Assembly (NCBI GenBank): GCA_964016885.1
Contig: OZ024751.1
Span: 11,470,001-11,534,000, forward strand
Length of the DNA stretch: 64,000 bases
Direction: 5' to 3'
Origin: Eledone cirrhosa
Lineage: Eukaryota
Positions 26,316 through 39,792 of this stretch are shown here, piece by piece (position 1 is the stretch's first letter; the number at the start of each line of letters is the position of its first letter). The position numbers and the translations under genes were made by a program. The notes below the pieces were generated by a model. The model saw only the letters and a list, made by a program, of their open reading frames with translations. It made no database searches and was not told the origin of the DNA.

Positions 26316-27124
26316 AGAAAAAAGGAGGGAGACAGCGTGAAAGGTATACTTGAAACGGTCGAAGATAACCTTAAATATCAATGATGTCGTTCGAAAAACA
26401 ATAATATTTCGAGGCTAAAACACCAAAAACAAAGTGAAAACAAATGATATCAACATGAAATATAAAAGGAGACGAGAGGAGACAAAATAAATAAATAAAA
26501 ATAAGTTAATGAAACCCAAATAAGTTAAAGATATAGAATCGGGAAGGATTTATATAAGTTGAGTTTAACTGCAGTTATCGGTTCGTTTACAAATCAAAAC
26601 AAGGGATACTGTATATATATATCGTGAAACGTAGTTATCACAATATCAGTATATCAAAAACAATAACAAATATATATGCTCCCTGAGTTAAAAATAAAAA
26701 TAAAATTATATAAAATTATATTAAATCACGTTACACGAATTAAAATAAAATAAAATAAAATAAAAATTAGATTATGTTACTTAACTAGCTTTCTATATTC
26801 TGTATGGCAGACAGAGAGAGCATGTGTGTGTGTCCCGTTTTTTTAGAAGAATATATCAAATAGCGAAAATAAACCCATTAAAAACGCTAACATACGTAAA
26901 ATAATCGCGTCAATATATAGATACTCATCTGATCCAGAGGTGTTTCGTTAATTTTAACGAGTTTGTAAAGTTATAACTTCCCGATTTCTGTCGATTTAAA
27001 TTACAAATCTCTCAATAAGGGAAAACACGACCAACCAACAAACTGGCAAGCTTATATATCATACATACATAAAAATGCATATATATATATATGTCTATAC
27101 CAATCAATCAATCTATCTATCTAA

Positions 27125-27171
<47 letters not shown>

Positions 27172-27274
27172 GATAGATAAAGATTAAATATCCCTTTTGC
27201 TTATATATATACATATATGTAAATATGCAAACACATACACGCACTTACACACTTATGTATATATACATATACAT

Positions 27275-27325
<51 letters not shown>

Positions 27326-27335
27326 GAGGGAGAGG

Positions 27336-27395
<60 letters not shown>

Positions 27396-27616
27396 TTGTA
27401 AGGTTCGTCATACATTTAGATTAAAAACACAAACATCTATTTACACATGATGAAGGGAATGCCGTTCATTGCAGATCTCAGGTAAAATATGTTATACACA
27501 CACGTATGTATATATTTACACATAGATGCACACACATATATATTCGTGTGTACATTATATATATATGTAAGTATTCATAACTGTATATATTTATATACGT
27601 ATATATATATATATAT

Positions 27617-27694
27617 ATTTCTATATTAAACATTTATACTCTGCTATGTATTGAGTACCTTACTTACCGTGGTTACCCCCGATTGAACCCGGAA

Positions 27695-27695
<1 letters not shown>
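27617..27695 (+). mobile_element. Family C short tail element
   Basis: TTTCTATATTAAACAT..TATTGAGTACCTTACTTACCGTGGTTACCCCGATTGAACCCGG between (TA)n tracts. Confidence 0.65.
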
Positions 27696-27773
<78 letters not shown>

Positions 27774-28074
27774 GTATATATATCTATATGTGTATATATC
27801 TATGTATATAAATATCTGTATGTATATATATATATGTATATATATATGTATGTATATATAACTATATATATGTATGTATATATATATATGTCTGTATAGT
27901 ATATATAACTATATATATATATATATATGTATGTATATATATATACATATATGTATGTATATATATATACATATATGTATGTATATATAACTATATATAT
28001 GTATATATATACATATATGTGTGTATAAATAACTATATGTATGTATAAATAACTATATGTATATATATTTATAT

Positions 28075-28325
28075 GAACAAGTATGACCCCGACGGCAGAG
28101 CTCAAGCCGTTTCGACGGATAATTCTGGACTAAATAAGAATTTTTAGCCTGGTAATAATTCTTATTTAGGCTAAAAATTCTCATTTAGTCCAGAATTAGC
28201 CATCGAAACGGCTTGAGCTCTGCCGTCGGGGTCATACTTGTTCCTATTACCCACTCTACTACTCTACGTATTGAGTACTTTGGTGCGTTATGGTCCATTT
28301 GGTTCCTTACCACATTTCCTTCGTT
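28075..28325 (+). mobile_element. Family A fold-back element (longest copy)
   Basis: Arms 28075-28150 and from 28168; extends into a putative stem II (GGCT..AATTCT / AGAATT AGCC) before GAAA; tail with TTGAGTAC. Confidence 0.8.
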
Positions 28326-29095
28326 ATATATATATATATATACATACATATATATATGTATATTTGTATACATATATGTATATGTACGTATATTTGTATA
28401 CATATACATATATGTATATTTGTATACATATATGTATACATATATTTACATATACATACATATATGTATGTATATATAACTATATGTATGTATGTATTTA
28501 TATATATATATATATGTTTGTATATACATATATGCATGTATATGTAAATATATGTATGTATAAATATATGTATGTATACATGTGTGTTTGTGTGCCTGTA
28601 TATATGTTACATATTTATTTAATATACCCTTATTAATTCTCGCACACGTTACTTAAATCTATTTTGTTTATAAGTGCATTGGCTTGTCTTGTCTTAGCAT
28701 TTACACTTGTCTGCCTTCATAAACAACATCTAACTTGTACAAGATGGCCGACAAGTAGGATATAACAACATTTTTACATGTTTACACACGTTATTTCACA
28801 CACCAGTAAATACGTAGGCACCACCTACGCTTAAATTATATTCCTTGTAGTTATTCCTGGTGTAAAACATCTTTATTTGTAAGGATTTAATTTGTATATA
28901 GTCCTGTATGTAACCGGTAGATGATTATGCCTGGAAAGGTGAGTTAGTAGAATGAGTTTACAATTGAAGATATGAGAAAATTATGTATATGTTTTTGTGT
29001 AGGAATATGCATTATATGTATGTATGTTTGTATTTATTTATTTAGGTATGTATGTGTGTATGTATGAATTTTGAATGGGTGTATGTACGTGTATA

Positions 29096-29155
<60 letters not shown>

Positions 29156-29168
29156 ATACATCTATATA

Positions 29169-29232
<64 letters not shown>

Positions 29233-29252
29233 CATACATACATCTATATATA

Positions 29253-29330
<78 letters not shown>

Positions 29331-29402
29331 AATATATTTATAAATTGAATTTGCTCATCGAAACGTGTGTTCCTTCCTTGTAGTATTGAATTTGATAATG
29401 CA

Positions 29403-29444
<42 letters not shown>

Positions 29445-29448
<4 letters not shown>

Positions 29449-29582
29449 ATAATAATAAAATTGAAGACTAAAATCCAAAGAGGGCTCGATAAGGAAAATA
29501 TATATCAAATATATAAGAACCGTAGAGCAAATATTTATTAAAATAACAGATTAAAGTTTAATCTGTTATTTTAATAAATATA
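29445..29582 (-). mobile_element. Family D short element with terminal hairpin, in (TA)n
   Basis: Matches 42745-42850; ends in inverted repeat TATTTATTAAAATAACAGATTAAA / TTTAATCTGTTATTTTAATAAATA. Confidence 0.7.
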
Positions 29583-30104
29583 TATATATATATATATATA
29601 TTTGTTAGTATTGGTGCTCTGAAATAGCGATGTATACATAACTGTATGTATAATATATTTGGCAATATACTGTATGTTTAATTAAAAACATTTAGAAGAC
29701 CATAGGCTATCAGTTTTAAAGTAGTGACTATGTCACTTACATATTTCCGGCAAAGGTAGCGATAGAGGTTGACAGTCTGTCTCTCCCTGTTTGGCGTTTA
29801 TCAAACCCACGCACTACCCTGCTTTTGCCGAAAATTATAGAAGCTTGATTCTTACAGAATTCTAGTAATAATCAGGCTAGCTTTGCCTTTCATCTATACG
29901 GGGTGGATAAAATAAAGTATCAGTAACGCACTAGTGTCAATGAAATCAACTTTTTCTTTTCCTTCAAATTGCTGACCGTTTGCCGAAAGTGTAAACAATT
30001 TCTTACTCCTCATAGTCGCCGATGGCAATTTCTTTTTTCGTCTTTTAAGGGTGTTCACCCTATTTCCTAAGCTATAGCATTTCTTCACCATTTTCTGTAT
30101 TATA

Positions 30105-30171
<67 letters not shown>

Positions 30172-30175
<4 letters not shown>

Positions 30176-30601
30176 TTATTCAGGTTTGAGGTTCACCACT
30201 GTATAGAGCTGGTCTATTCCGTATGGTCAATCGTAATGCAATAATATAGAGAGTACTCAACGTAAAGCAGTTCAACCGTCTTTGTTTTTGTAGTTGGTGG
30301 TGCTATTACGGAGTTAAATATTATAATGAAATGACAGGAGGCTGGATTTGTGTAAATCCTTGAAAGGTTTATTATACTATAATCATTTCAATGACCGGGT
30401 TCCGTATGAATCCGGTGATATCATCAGGTATTCGAAATATAATACGTGAATGTAATAGATAAAATAGATAATTACATTCACGTATTATATTTCGAATACC
30501 TGATGATATCACCGGATTCATACGGAACCCGGTCATTGAAATGATCATAGTATAATAAACCTTTCAAGGATTTACACAAATCCAGCCTCCTGTCATTTCA
30601 T

Positions 30602-30604
<3 letters not shown>
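30172..30604 (-). mobile_element. Family B fold-back element carrying two opposed hammerheads
   Basis: 134-bp near-perfect arms 30323-30456 and 30471-30604; minus-strand tail TAACTCC...TTGAGTAC to (TA)n. Confidence 0.85.
30496..30553 (+). ncRNA. Type I hammerhead (family B)
   Basis: ATAC-CTGATGA-TATC-ACCGG..CCGGT-CATT-GAA-ATGATCAT-A-GTAT, then AATAAA; mirror copy at 30374-30431 (-). Confidence 0.72.
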
Positions 30605-30650
<46 letters not shown>

Positions 30651-30654
<4 letters not shown>

Positions 30655-31002
30655 TTCAAAATATTAATACATGTAGACATTCACTTAATCAAAATATATT
30701 TTATTATATATATTTCGGAGGTACTGTGCTGTGTCTTAGCAGAGACTGGAATTGAACCATCAGCACAGATGGGGTATGTCATACATCAATTTATGTATTT
30801 TATCTGATGAGGACGTACTGAAAAAACAGCACAGTACCTCCGAACTATATATAATAAAATATATTTTGATTAAGTGAATGTCTGCATTTATTAATATTTT
30901 GAATTAATATTAATAACTCCAGAAACCCTAACTGTTGAGTTCTTCTAATCTATTGTAAAACTATATTCATTGATTAATCAATGAACCTTGTTTAACTTTT
31001 GG

Positions 31003-31005
<3 letters not shown>
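30651..31005 (+). mobile_element. Fold-back element with hammerhead at 30799-30858
   Basis: TTTAT-CTGATGA-GGA-C-GTACTG..CAGTAC-C-TCC-GAAC(GAAA in the inverted arm)-TATATAT-A-ATAAA; arms about 30651-30731 and 30827-30907; tail TAACTCC..TTGAGT. Confidence 0.75.
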
Positions 31006-31094
<89 letters not shown>

Positions 31095-31172
31095 GTAATA
31101 AATGGAATATATATCACTATAGCATCATTCTTTATATATATATATATATTTTTTTTTTTTATACTAATTCAA

Positions 31173-31227
31173 ACTGCCTGAAGAGGTCACAGCCAAAGAT
31201 GGCTGTCACTGAAATATATATAGCAGT
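31173..31227 (+). ncRNA. Type I hammerhead ribozyme (canonical core)
   Basis: ACTGC-CTGAAGA-GGT-C-ACAGCCA(AAGA)TGGCTGT-C-ACT-GAA-ATATATAT-A-GCAGT, immediately followed by AATAAA. Confidence 0.82.
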
Positions 31228-31469
31228 AATAAACGAAGCTAAATTTTAATCATTAGACTTTTATTTAACTTTATTTTATATATATATATATATATATGGA
31301 AAATGGCTGCTGCGTTGTTGCAAATGGGGTACATATGAATATTTAATGAAGTTAAATGTCCTTCGCAAAAATGTACTGCCCTTGTGTCTACAGCTATTAC
31401 TTCTGCTACGACTATTGCTTCCAGTTCTACTACTACTACGACTACTGCTACTACTGCTGCTGCTGCTGG

Positions 31470-31525
<56 letters not shown>

Positions 31526-31699
31526 TACAACTACAACAACAACAAAAGCAACAGATAACAATAGAACGATTTTCCGCTTAGTCAAATTGTAATAAAATGT
31601 TTCTTCAGTAGTACTGTATCATATCATTAACTCGCTATGGAAAATGTAGGACACAATGTAACTTCAGTCGTCGCCATATTTAATCATTGGTTGTATTTG

Positions 31700-32810
31700 T
31701 GTTTATTGTTGTTGTGGTTAAAGGGGTGGAGGTGTAGTTATGTTTGTTGTTGTTAGCGGCGGAATTCTTGTTTTGGTGTTATGTTATAGTTACTTGTGTT
31801 GACGTGTAATGGTAGAAGTGATACTGGGGTTAGTTTTGTTGTTGTTGTTAATGGTGGGGGAGTTGGGTTTCCTTTTGTTGTTGTTAGTGGCGGAATTGTT
31901 TAATTTTGTTGTTGTTAACGGCGGAGTTGTTGTTTATGATGTTGTTGTATGTGTTTTTGTTGAAATTGTTGTTGATGTTGTTGCTGTTGTTGTTGGTAGC
32001 GATGGTGGGTATAGTAAGGTTATTTTAGTTGTTGTTTATGATGTTGTTGTATGTGTTTTTGTTTAAGTTGTTGTTGCTGTTGTTGATGTTGTTGTTGGTA
32101 GCGATGGTGGGGATAGTAAGGTTATTTTTAGTTGTTGTTTATGATGTTGTTGTATGTGTTTTTGTTGAAGTTGTTGTTGCTGTTGTTAGTGGTATGGTGG
32201 TGGGATTATTTTGTTGTTGTTAACGGCGGGGTTGTTGTTGTTGGAGATGTTTTTGTTGAAGTTATTGTTATTGATGTTGTTGCTGTTGTTGTTGGTAGTG
32301 ATGGTGGCGTTATTTTAGTTGTTAACGACGGGGCTGTTGTGTGCGTTTTTTTGTTGTAAATATTGTTGTTGATGTTGTTGCTGTTGTTGTTGTTGTTGTT
32401 GTTGTTGTTAACGGCGGAGTTGTTGTTTAGATGATGTTGATGTTGATGATTGTTGTTAGTGTATTTGATGGTAGTGATTGTAGGGTTAGTTTTGTTATTA
32501 TTATTGTTGTAACGGCGGAGTCGGTGTTTTTGATGCTGTTGTTGTATGTGTTGTTGTAAATATTGTTGGTGTTGTTGTTAGTAGTGATAGTGGGCTTATT
32601 TTAGTTGTTGTTAACGGTGGGGTTGTCGTTTTTGAAGTTGTTGTTGGAGGTGTTTTTGTTGTAAATATTTTTGGTGTTGTTGTTGGTAGTGATAGTAGTG
32701 ATAGTGGGGTTATTTTAGTTGTTGTTAACGGTGGGGTTGTCGTTTTTGAAGTTGTTGTTGGAGGTGTTTTTGTTGTAAATATTGATGTTGATGTTATTGC
32801 TGTTGTTTTG
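31700..32810. repeat. GTT-rich degenerate minisatellite
   Basis: Recurring GTTGTTAACGGCGGAGTTG / GGTAGYGAT.GTGGG..TTATTTTAGTT units with internal duplications. Confidence 0.85.
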
Positions 32811-33189
32811 GCGCTGAGGATCGGATATTATCGCATGTCCATCAGTGATTAAACAGCATTTCGAGGAAGACGGTAAAAGTCTTCCTCGAACATTGCATGT
32901 AAAACTGTCATTAACACAACAGCTTGTCCTTCTAGTTAATTTGATCTGATGATATGTATACTATAGGCCGTCCCGCATAACATAACACAATCAAATACAA
33001 ACACATACACTGGTCCAGCCACACGCAAACACACACACAGATGTATATTCATACGCTTCGCACTCACAGACTCACAGGTTCACGGCCATATCTGTATCAG
33101 CTATGAACAGACACAATAAAACAATGTATGAAATGTCTAGCTGCTTATATATATGTGTGAGTTTCTGTGTATGTGTTTGTTTGTGTGTG

Positions 33190-33511
33190 TATACGTATAG
33201 CGAAGTCATCAGACAGAAGTCTGGCCGTGACGGACGTCATCACGGAATATATGCGCAGCAAGTTCAGATGGGCTGGACACGTCACCCGGTTCACCGATAA
33301 TCGGTCGACCCGCGGAGTTGCCGAGTGGTACCCGCGCGAGCGGAAACGACCACTCGGAAGGCCTCCACGAGAGTGGAGTAACGATTTTAAGAATACGATT
33401 GGGAATACATGGATGAGGAAAGCACGATCCAGAGAGGAATGGACGGCGTGCTGTGACCAGCGGCGCTGAATGGACGCCCGACAGACTGGTCGGTCAAGGT
33501 AATCAAGGTGA
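33190..33511 (+). mobile_element. RTE-clade LINE 3' end
   Basis: KFRWAGHVTR.TDNR...EWYPR..KRPLGRPP.EW..D; short 3' UTR ending TCAAGGTAATCAAGGTGA into (TA)n. Confidence 0.85.
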
Positions 33512-33542
33512 TATATATATATATATGTATATATATAAATAT

Positions 33543-34036
33543 ATATTAATAAAAGGAATTCCAACTTTGTCTGATTTACTCGTTTTATTTACAATCCTTT
33601 AAAATTTATAATGGTATTAGAATGAAATAGTATGGTAGAATATTAAATGTTAAGTGTTAATTGAACAAGTTCTTCCATGCTTTCGCAATCTTCAGGTTCA
33701 TAATTGTTTCTACTTTTTGGCACAAGGCCAGCAATTATCCCAGTACATTACTGGTACTTTATTTTATCGACCCTGTAAGGATGAAAGGCAAAGTTAACCT
33801 CGGCGGGAATTGAACTCAGATCGTAAAGGGACGTAACTATGCTGGAAAGCATAATCCAACCCTCTACCGATACTGCCAATTCAGGCTCATAATGTGTGGT
33901 GACAGTCAAGTTTGCAATTTTCAACTTAACATTTAATATTCAACCATACTATTTAATTCTAATACCATTGTAAATTTTAAAGGATTGTAAATAAAACGAG
34001 TAAATCAGACAAAGTTGGAATTCCTTTTATTAATAT
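33543..34036. repeat. Inverted repeat (about 110-bp arms) with a SINE in the spacer
   Basis: 33543-33652 is the reverse complement of 33923-34036; AATAAA in the arm, ATCTCC just after the right arm. Confidence 0.85.
33700..33882 (-). mobile_element. tRNA-SINE with TSD TTCAGGYTCATAAT
   Basis: Nearly identical to 18470-18655; flanking duplication. Confidence 0.88.
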
Positions 34037-34115
34037 AATCTCCCATACACAATCATACACACCCGTGTATATTTATCTATCTATATATATAAATATATAT
34101 ATATATGTATGTATA

Positions 34116-34162
<47 letters not shown>

Positions 34163-34276
34163 AAATATATGTGTCTGTGTATGTATATATTCACATATAT
34201 AGCAGGGTATTACCGTGTTTTTAATTAGAACGTCTATTATTCAGCAGAGTACTCCATATAGTAATATATATATATT

Positions 34277-34339
<63 letters not shown>

Positions 34340-34648
34340 AACAATTAAATAAATATATATATAACAAATTTTTACGGCACAGGATAACGAATTTTTACGG
34401 CACAGATGTATATAGGTATGTGTGTGTATATGTATGTATATGCATATGTATGTATGTATCAATATAATATATATATATATGAATCACGAATTTCTGTATA
34501 TGTATACATACATGGATGTATGTATGCATTCACGTATGTATGTAATTATGTATATACGTTTCTCTGTATATTTTTATATATGTAAACACGTATGTATGTA
34601 TTTAAGAATTTATGCATATATGCATACTTTTATGCATGTTTGTATGTC

Positions 34649-34716
<68 letters not shown>

Positions 34717-34837
34717 ACGCCTGTGTGCAGAACCTAAATATCAACCTTCCAACCACGAACCAAGTTATTGATTTACGGATGTCCATCACCGCGTTTCACT
34801 ACATTACATATAGTTCCTTCGTAATATATACATTTAA

Positions 34838-35058
34838 TCCTTTAGCATTTACATTACACTATATTTACTATTATATTTTTGTGGTAAAGGCTATACATTA
34901 CATAATAATCTCAAATAATAACGAATCTATGAGATTTTCATATTATTTATTTTGAGAAAAATACCTCAACATTAGTATGAGTGGCCGGTTACAGCAAGTT
35001 TAAACAGGAAGAGGTGAGATATTTCTGGGCGGATACGGCTAGTTTAAATGCTAAAGGG
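34838..35058. mobile_element. piggyBac-like MITE (opposite orientation to 17998)
   Basis: TTAA TSDs, TIR (T)CCTTTAGCATTTA / TAAATGCTAAAGGG. Confidence 0.85.
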
Positions 35059-35509
35059 TTAAAGGAATTATTTTGTTCTACCTTAATATCTATGTTGAAC
35101 TTAAAATATAATATTGATTTCTCATATAGGCAAGGGGCCAATAATTTGAGGAAAGTGCTTTATATCGATTAACTCACCTAAGTACTTTAATAATACTTTA
35201 TTTTATCGAACCCGTCATTATGAACATTTATGTGAAACCTGTCGGGATTTGAACGCAGTTAATATCGTTTCCTTTCTTTTTACTCATAATGACATACTAC
35301 TGCCTTTATGAAATGTAACATTAACTCTCTATATGCCATTTACTCTGCTTGAAACACAGCGATTACCGTCAGGGATTTAACTCATATCTAAATCCTATTT
35401 AATCTTGATCAGATAAGGTTTAGCTAAATCGTATGCTAGAGGGTAACTTCCATATTTGAGGCGCTCTCTTCACATTTACGTTTCGCTCTTGTTATTATTG
35501 TTAGCATTA

Positions 35510-35513
35510 CTAT

Positions 35514-35570
<57 letters not shown>

Positions 35571-35655
35571 TTCTTCTTCTTCTTCTTCTTCTTCTTCTTC
35601 TTCTTCTTCTTCTTCTTCTTCTTCTTCTTCTTCTTCTTCTTCTTCTTCTTCTTCT

Positions 35656-35718
<63 letters not shown>

Positions 35719-35752
35719 GCGTCGTCGTCATCTTCTTCTTCATTATTATTAC

Positions 35753-35792
<40 letters not shown>

Positions 35793-35795
35793 GAT
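35510..35795. repeat. Compound (TTTC)n(TTC)n(GTC)n(TTA)n microsatellite
   Basis: Direct repeats. Confidence 0.95.
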
Positions 35796-36167
35796 AATTA
35801 TAAACAGGTTTTAAAACGAATATCAGCCTGAAGCGAGCTTATATTCTTTTTGTTTTCTTCTATCTACGTGACTTTAATATCAACTGAAAGAAATTGTACA
35901 TGTTTAAATTTTTAAGAGTCTGAAATTGAGTTTGATTGAAATTTAATTATTCAATTTAGATTAAATTTTAAATGAACTCTATCGTATACCAGAATGTTTC
36001 CATAACGGATTTCCTACAGCTTCATACAGATAAAAAACGTTTCCAAAGTGGTGCTTGCTGAAACTCCACCGATAAATATATGTATATTTATATATAGTTA
36101 TATATAGATTTACATGCATATGTATATAAATGTATATGTATATATATATATATGTATGTATGTATAT

Positions 36168-36271
<104 letters not shown>

Positions 36272-36323
36272 GTACATATATATATATAGGTATATATATA
36301 TATATGTATATGTATATATACAC

Positions 36324-36373
<50 letters not shown>

Positions 36374-36462
36374 GTACATATATATATATAGGTATATATA
36401 TATATATATATGTATATGTATATATACACGTATATCTATATCTATCTATCTATATATATATA

Positions 36463-36501
<39 letters not shown>

Positions 36502-36618
36502 GTGTATATATATATATATATACGTGCATATATATACATATACTTATCTATATATATATTTATACACACACACACTCATATATATATATATATATGTATA
36601 TGTATATATACACGTATA

Positions 36619-36685
<67 letters not shown>

Positions 36686-37459
36686 GTGCATATATATACA
36701 TATACTTATCTATATATATATTTATACACACACACACTCATATATATATATATATATATGTGTGTGTGTATAAATATATATATACACACTCCAACAGTAT
36801 TCTAATTGATATGTGTATACATTTTGGGGAGACAACCTGTATATATCTCAGTCCTTACGAAATGGCAACAAGAAAAACAACATTGCAGGACAAATACAGT
36901 ACGACAATTGTTTCTACGAATGATATTGACTTAACGTTTCATATATCAGAAAAAAACGTGTCTTAACAATTTGGACATATTCGTGTATACTTCTCACATA
37001 AAACAATTAGTATCCCTTAAAACATTTGATACCCAGGTAAAGATAAAATGAAGTCAAAAAGGACAATTTTAAGAAGGTTCTATAATAAATGTAATCATAA
37101 TTTTGATGTAAGGGTGGGAGTTTATTCAACAAATTATCAGATATTTTGAATTATAATAGGCTTGGCGTGTTTTAATTTTCTAATCGATCTATGTCTACAC
37201 GATGAAACTAATTTAAGTATTGATTATTAATTGAGTATTAATTAGATGTTCGAGAATAGAATTTCATATGATTTCAAGATGAAAAACAAACCCAACTTAA
37301 GGGATATAATAAACCTCAACTTCACTGGTCACGCCATACCTCAATTTCAACCAGATCACCCTTCGTTCGTTTCTCTTTTTTAAAGTGGGGATTCTATTTG
37401 TGTGAAATTCCATCTGCAAACATTTTTCATTGGCTGAAATCCTAAATACGTCATTCTCA

Positions 37460-38132
37460 ATAATGGTTTCTGATTTAGGCATACGGCCAACGATGTAATG
37501 GGAGGCTGAAAGTATAACAAATCCACCCTAGTGCATTACTGGTACTTTATTTTATTGGTCACGTAAATATGTTGGTGACGTGGACGTCGATGAGGATGAT
37601 GATAATGATGATGTTGGTGATGACTATCGGGATGATGGAATTGATGGTAATAATAATGCTGGTGATGATGACGATGACGATGATGACGATAATGATGATG
37701 ATGATGATGATGAAGATAATGATGATGATGATGATGATGATGATGATAATAGTAATGATTTCTTATATAGGCACAAGGCCGGTAATTTGGGGGGAGGTGG
37801 AAGTCGATTAAATCGACCCCAGTGCATTACTGGTACTTTATTTTATCGACCCCCGTAAGGATGAAAAGTAAAGTTAAACCCGGCTGGATTTGAACTCAGA
37901 TCGTAAAGGGAGGTAACTATACCGCAAAGCGATAATGGTAATAATAATTGTTTCTACTTTTGGCACAAGGCCAGCAATTACCCAGAGCATTACTGGTACT
38001 TTATTTTATCGACCCCGTAAGGATGAAAGGCAAAGTTAACCTCGGCGGGATTTGAAATCAGAATGGCAAGGGCCGTAACTCTATACGTCAAAGCATGGCG
38101 TCCGACCCTCTACCGATACTGCCAATCCACCG
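37460..38132 (-). mobile_element. Three tRNA-SINE copies inserted in an (ATG)n-rich tract
   Basis: SINE tails at about 37460, 37752 and 37945; full head ending at 38132. Confidence 0.85.
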
Positions 38133-38551
38133 ATGATGGTAATAATAATGCTGGTGATGATGATGATGATGACGATGATGATGATGATGATGAGAAGGAG
38201 GAGGAGGAAGAGGATAATGATGGTAATAATTAGAATACGTTTCATACAATAAGCAATTTTACCTTCGACATCCACTTGAGATAAATATTGAAAAATAAAA
38301 AAAAAATGTATTTAAATCTATGGGATTTGTTTTCTTTCTAATTCTCTCATTCACACGTTAAAAGATTCCTGGTAATGTCTTCAAGTCAATATTGTACATA
38401 CAGTGCGAAATAAATATGCCGTGAAAATACACAGGAACTACGTATACTCAAATATACAAGATACATATACAGATTCATACACAGATACATATAAATATAC
38501 ACATATGTATATATATATATGTGTATTTGTACATATATGTATGTTTTTCTG

Positions 38552-38612
<61 letters not shown>

Positions 38613-38643
38613 TATATACACATGTATCTACATATATCTATCC

Positions 38644-38686
<43 letters not shown>

Positions 38687-38766
38687 CATATATAAATATA
38701 TATACACATATCTTTATATATGTATATATATGTATATATGTATGTATATATATATATATGTATACA

Positions 38767-38829
<63 letters not shown>

Positions 38830-39727
38830 ATAAAGCTCGAACACATAAACCTATATTGACACACAAACTACTTAGATAAACACAGAAAAACACAAAGAAA
38901 GCATATTCCACACATATACACTGCGAAACGCTTTAACAAATATTGAAGAAGAAAAATAAAGTCACAAACAAATTATTGACAGATATATATTGGCGGAGAA
39001 ACATTTACACGTGTCAAAGAGAGAAAAATAAGAGAACAACAACTTTAACAACAACACCTTCACAACGATAACAACACCTTTACAACAACAACACTATAAG
39101 CCTCACCCAACGCCAAACCAAAACCGAACCAATACAAATAATTGAACAAATATATGAAAAAGTATTAAAAAATTTTTAATATTTTCAATCGTTAAACTCG
39201 GAACTGAGTTTCGTTTCACGTAATTTGAACCATGTTTGCTAATAGGATTTTACGATACAAACAGCATTTTGAAGCACCATTTTCTAGTCAGTTAATGGTA
39301 TATTTCACGCAGAAATAATCTAACAGGATTTTAGAATAAAAAAATAAATTGGTGTGTTATTTTTTATATAACGTATCTATGTTTTTCTTCCTAATTTTAC
39401 AAATTATATATGTATATAAACACATTCAAAATTTCAAAATTGGTGAGTGTGTATATTTTTTAAGTGAAAAGATTCTTTCAGAATATGATTTGAAAGAATA
39501 AAACGTCATATTTTGACAAACCGTTTCACTAAAAATGATCAAGATTGCACATGTTTTAAAAAATGTACTTTTCTAAAAGGAATAAAAACATGTTTGTTTT
39601 TTTTCTCTCTCACACCCAGCAAAATATAGACACAAGTAGTTTTCTCTCTACCATTTTGTTTATTCTTTGTATTTCTGCTGTGATTTTTATATCGACCTGT
39701 TTGTTCCCGACTTTCTCTATAGGTATG

Positions 39728-39792
<65 letters not shown>

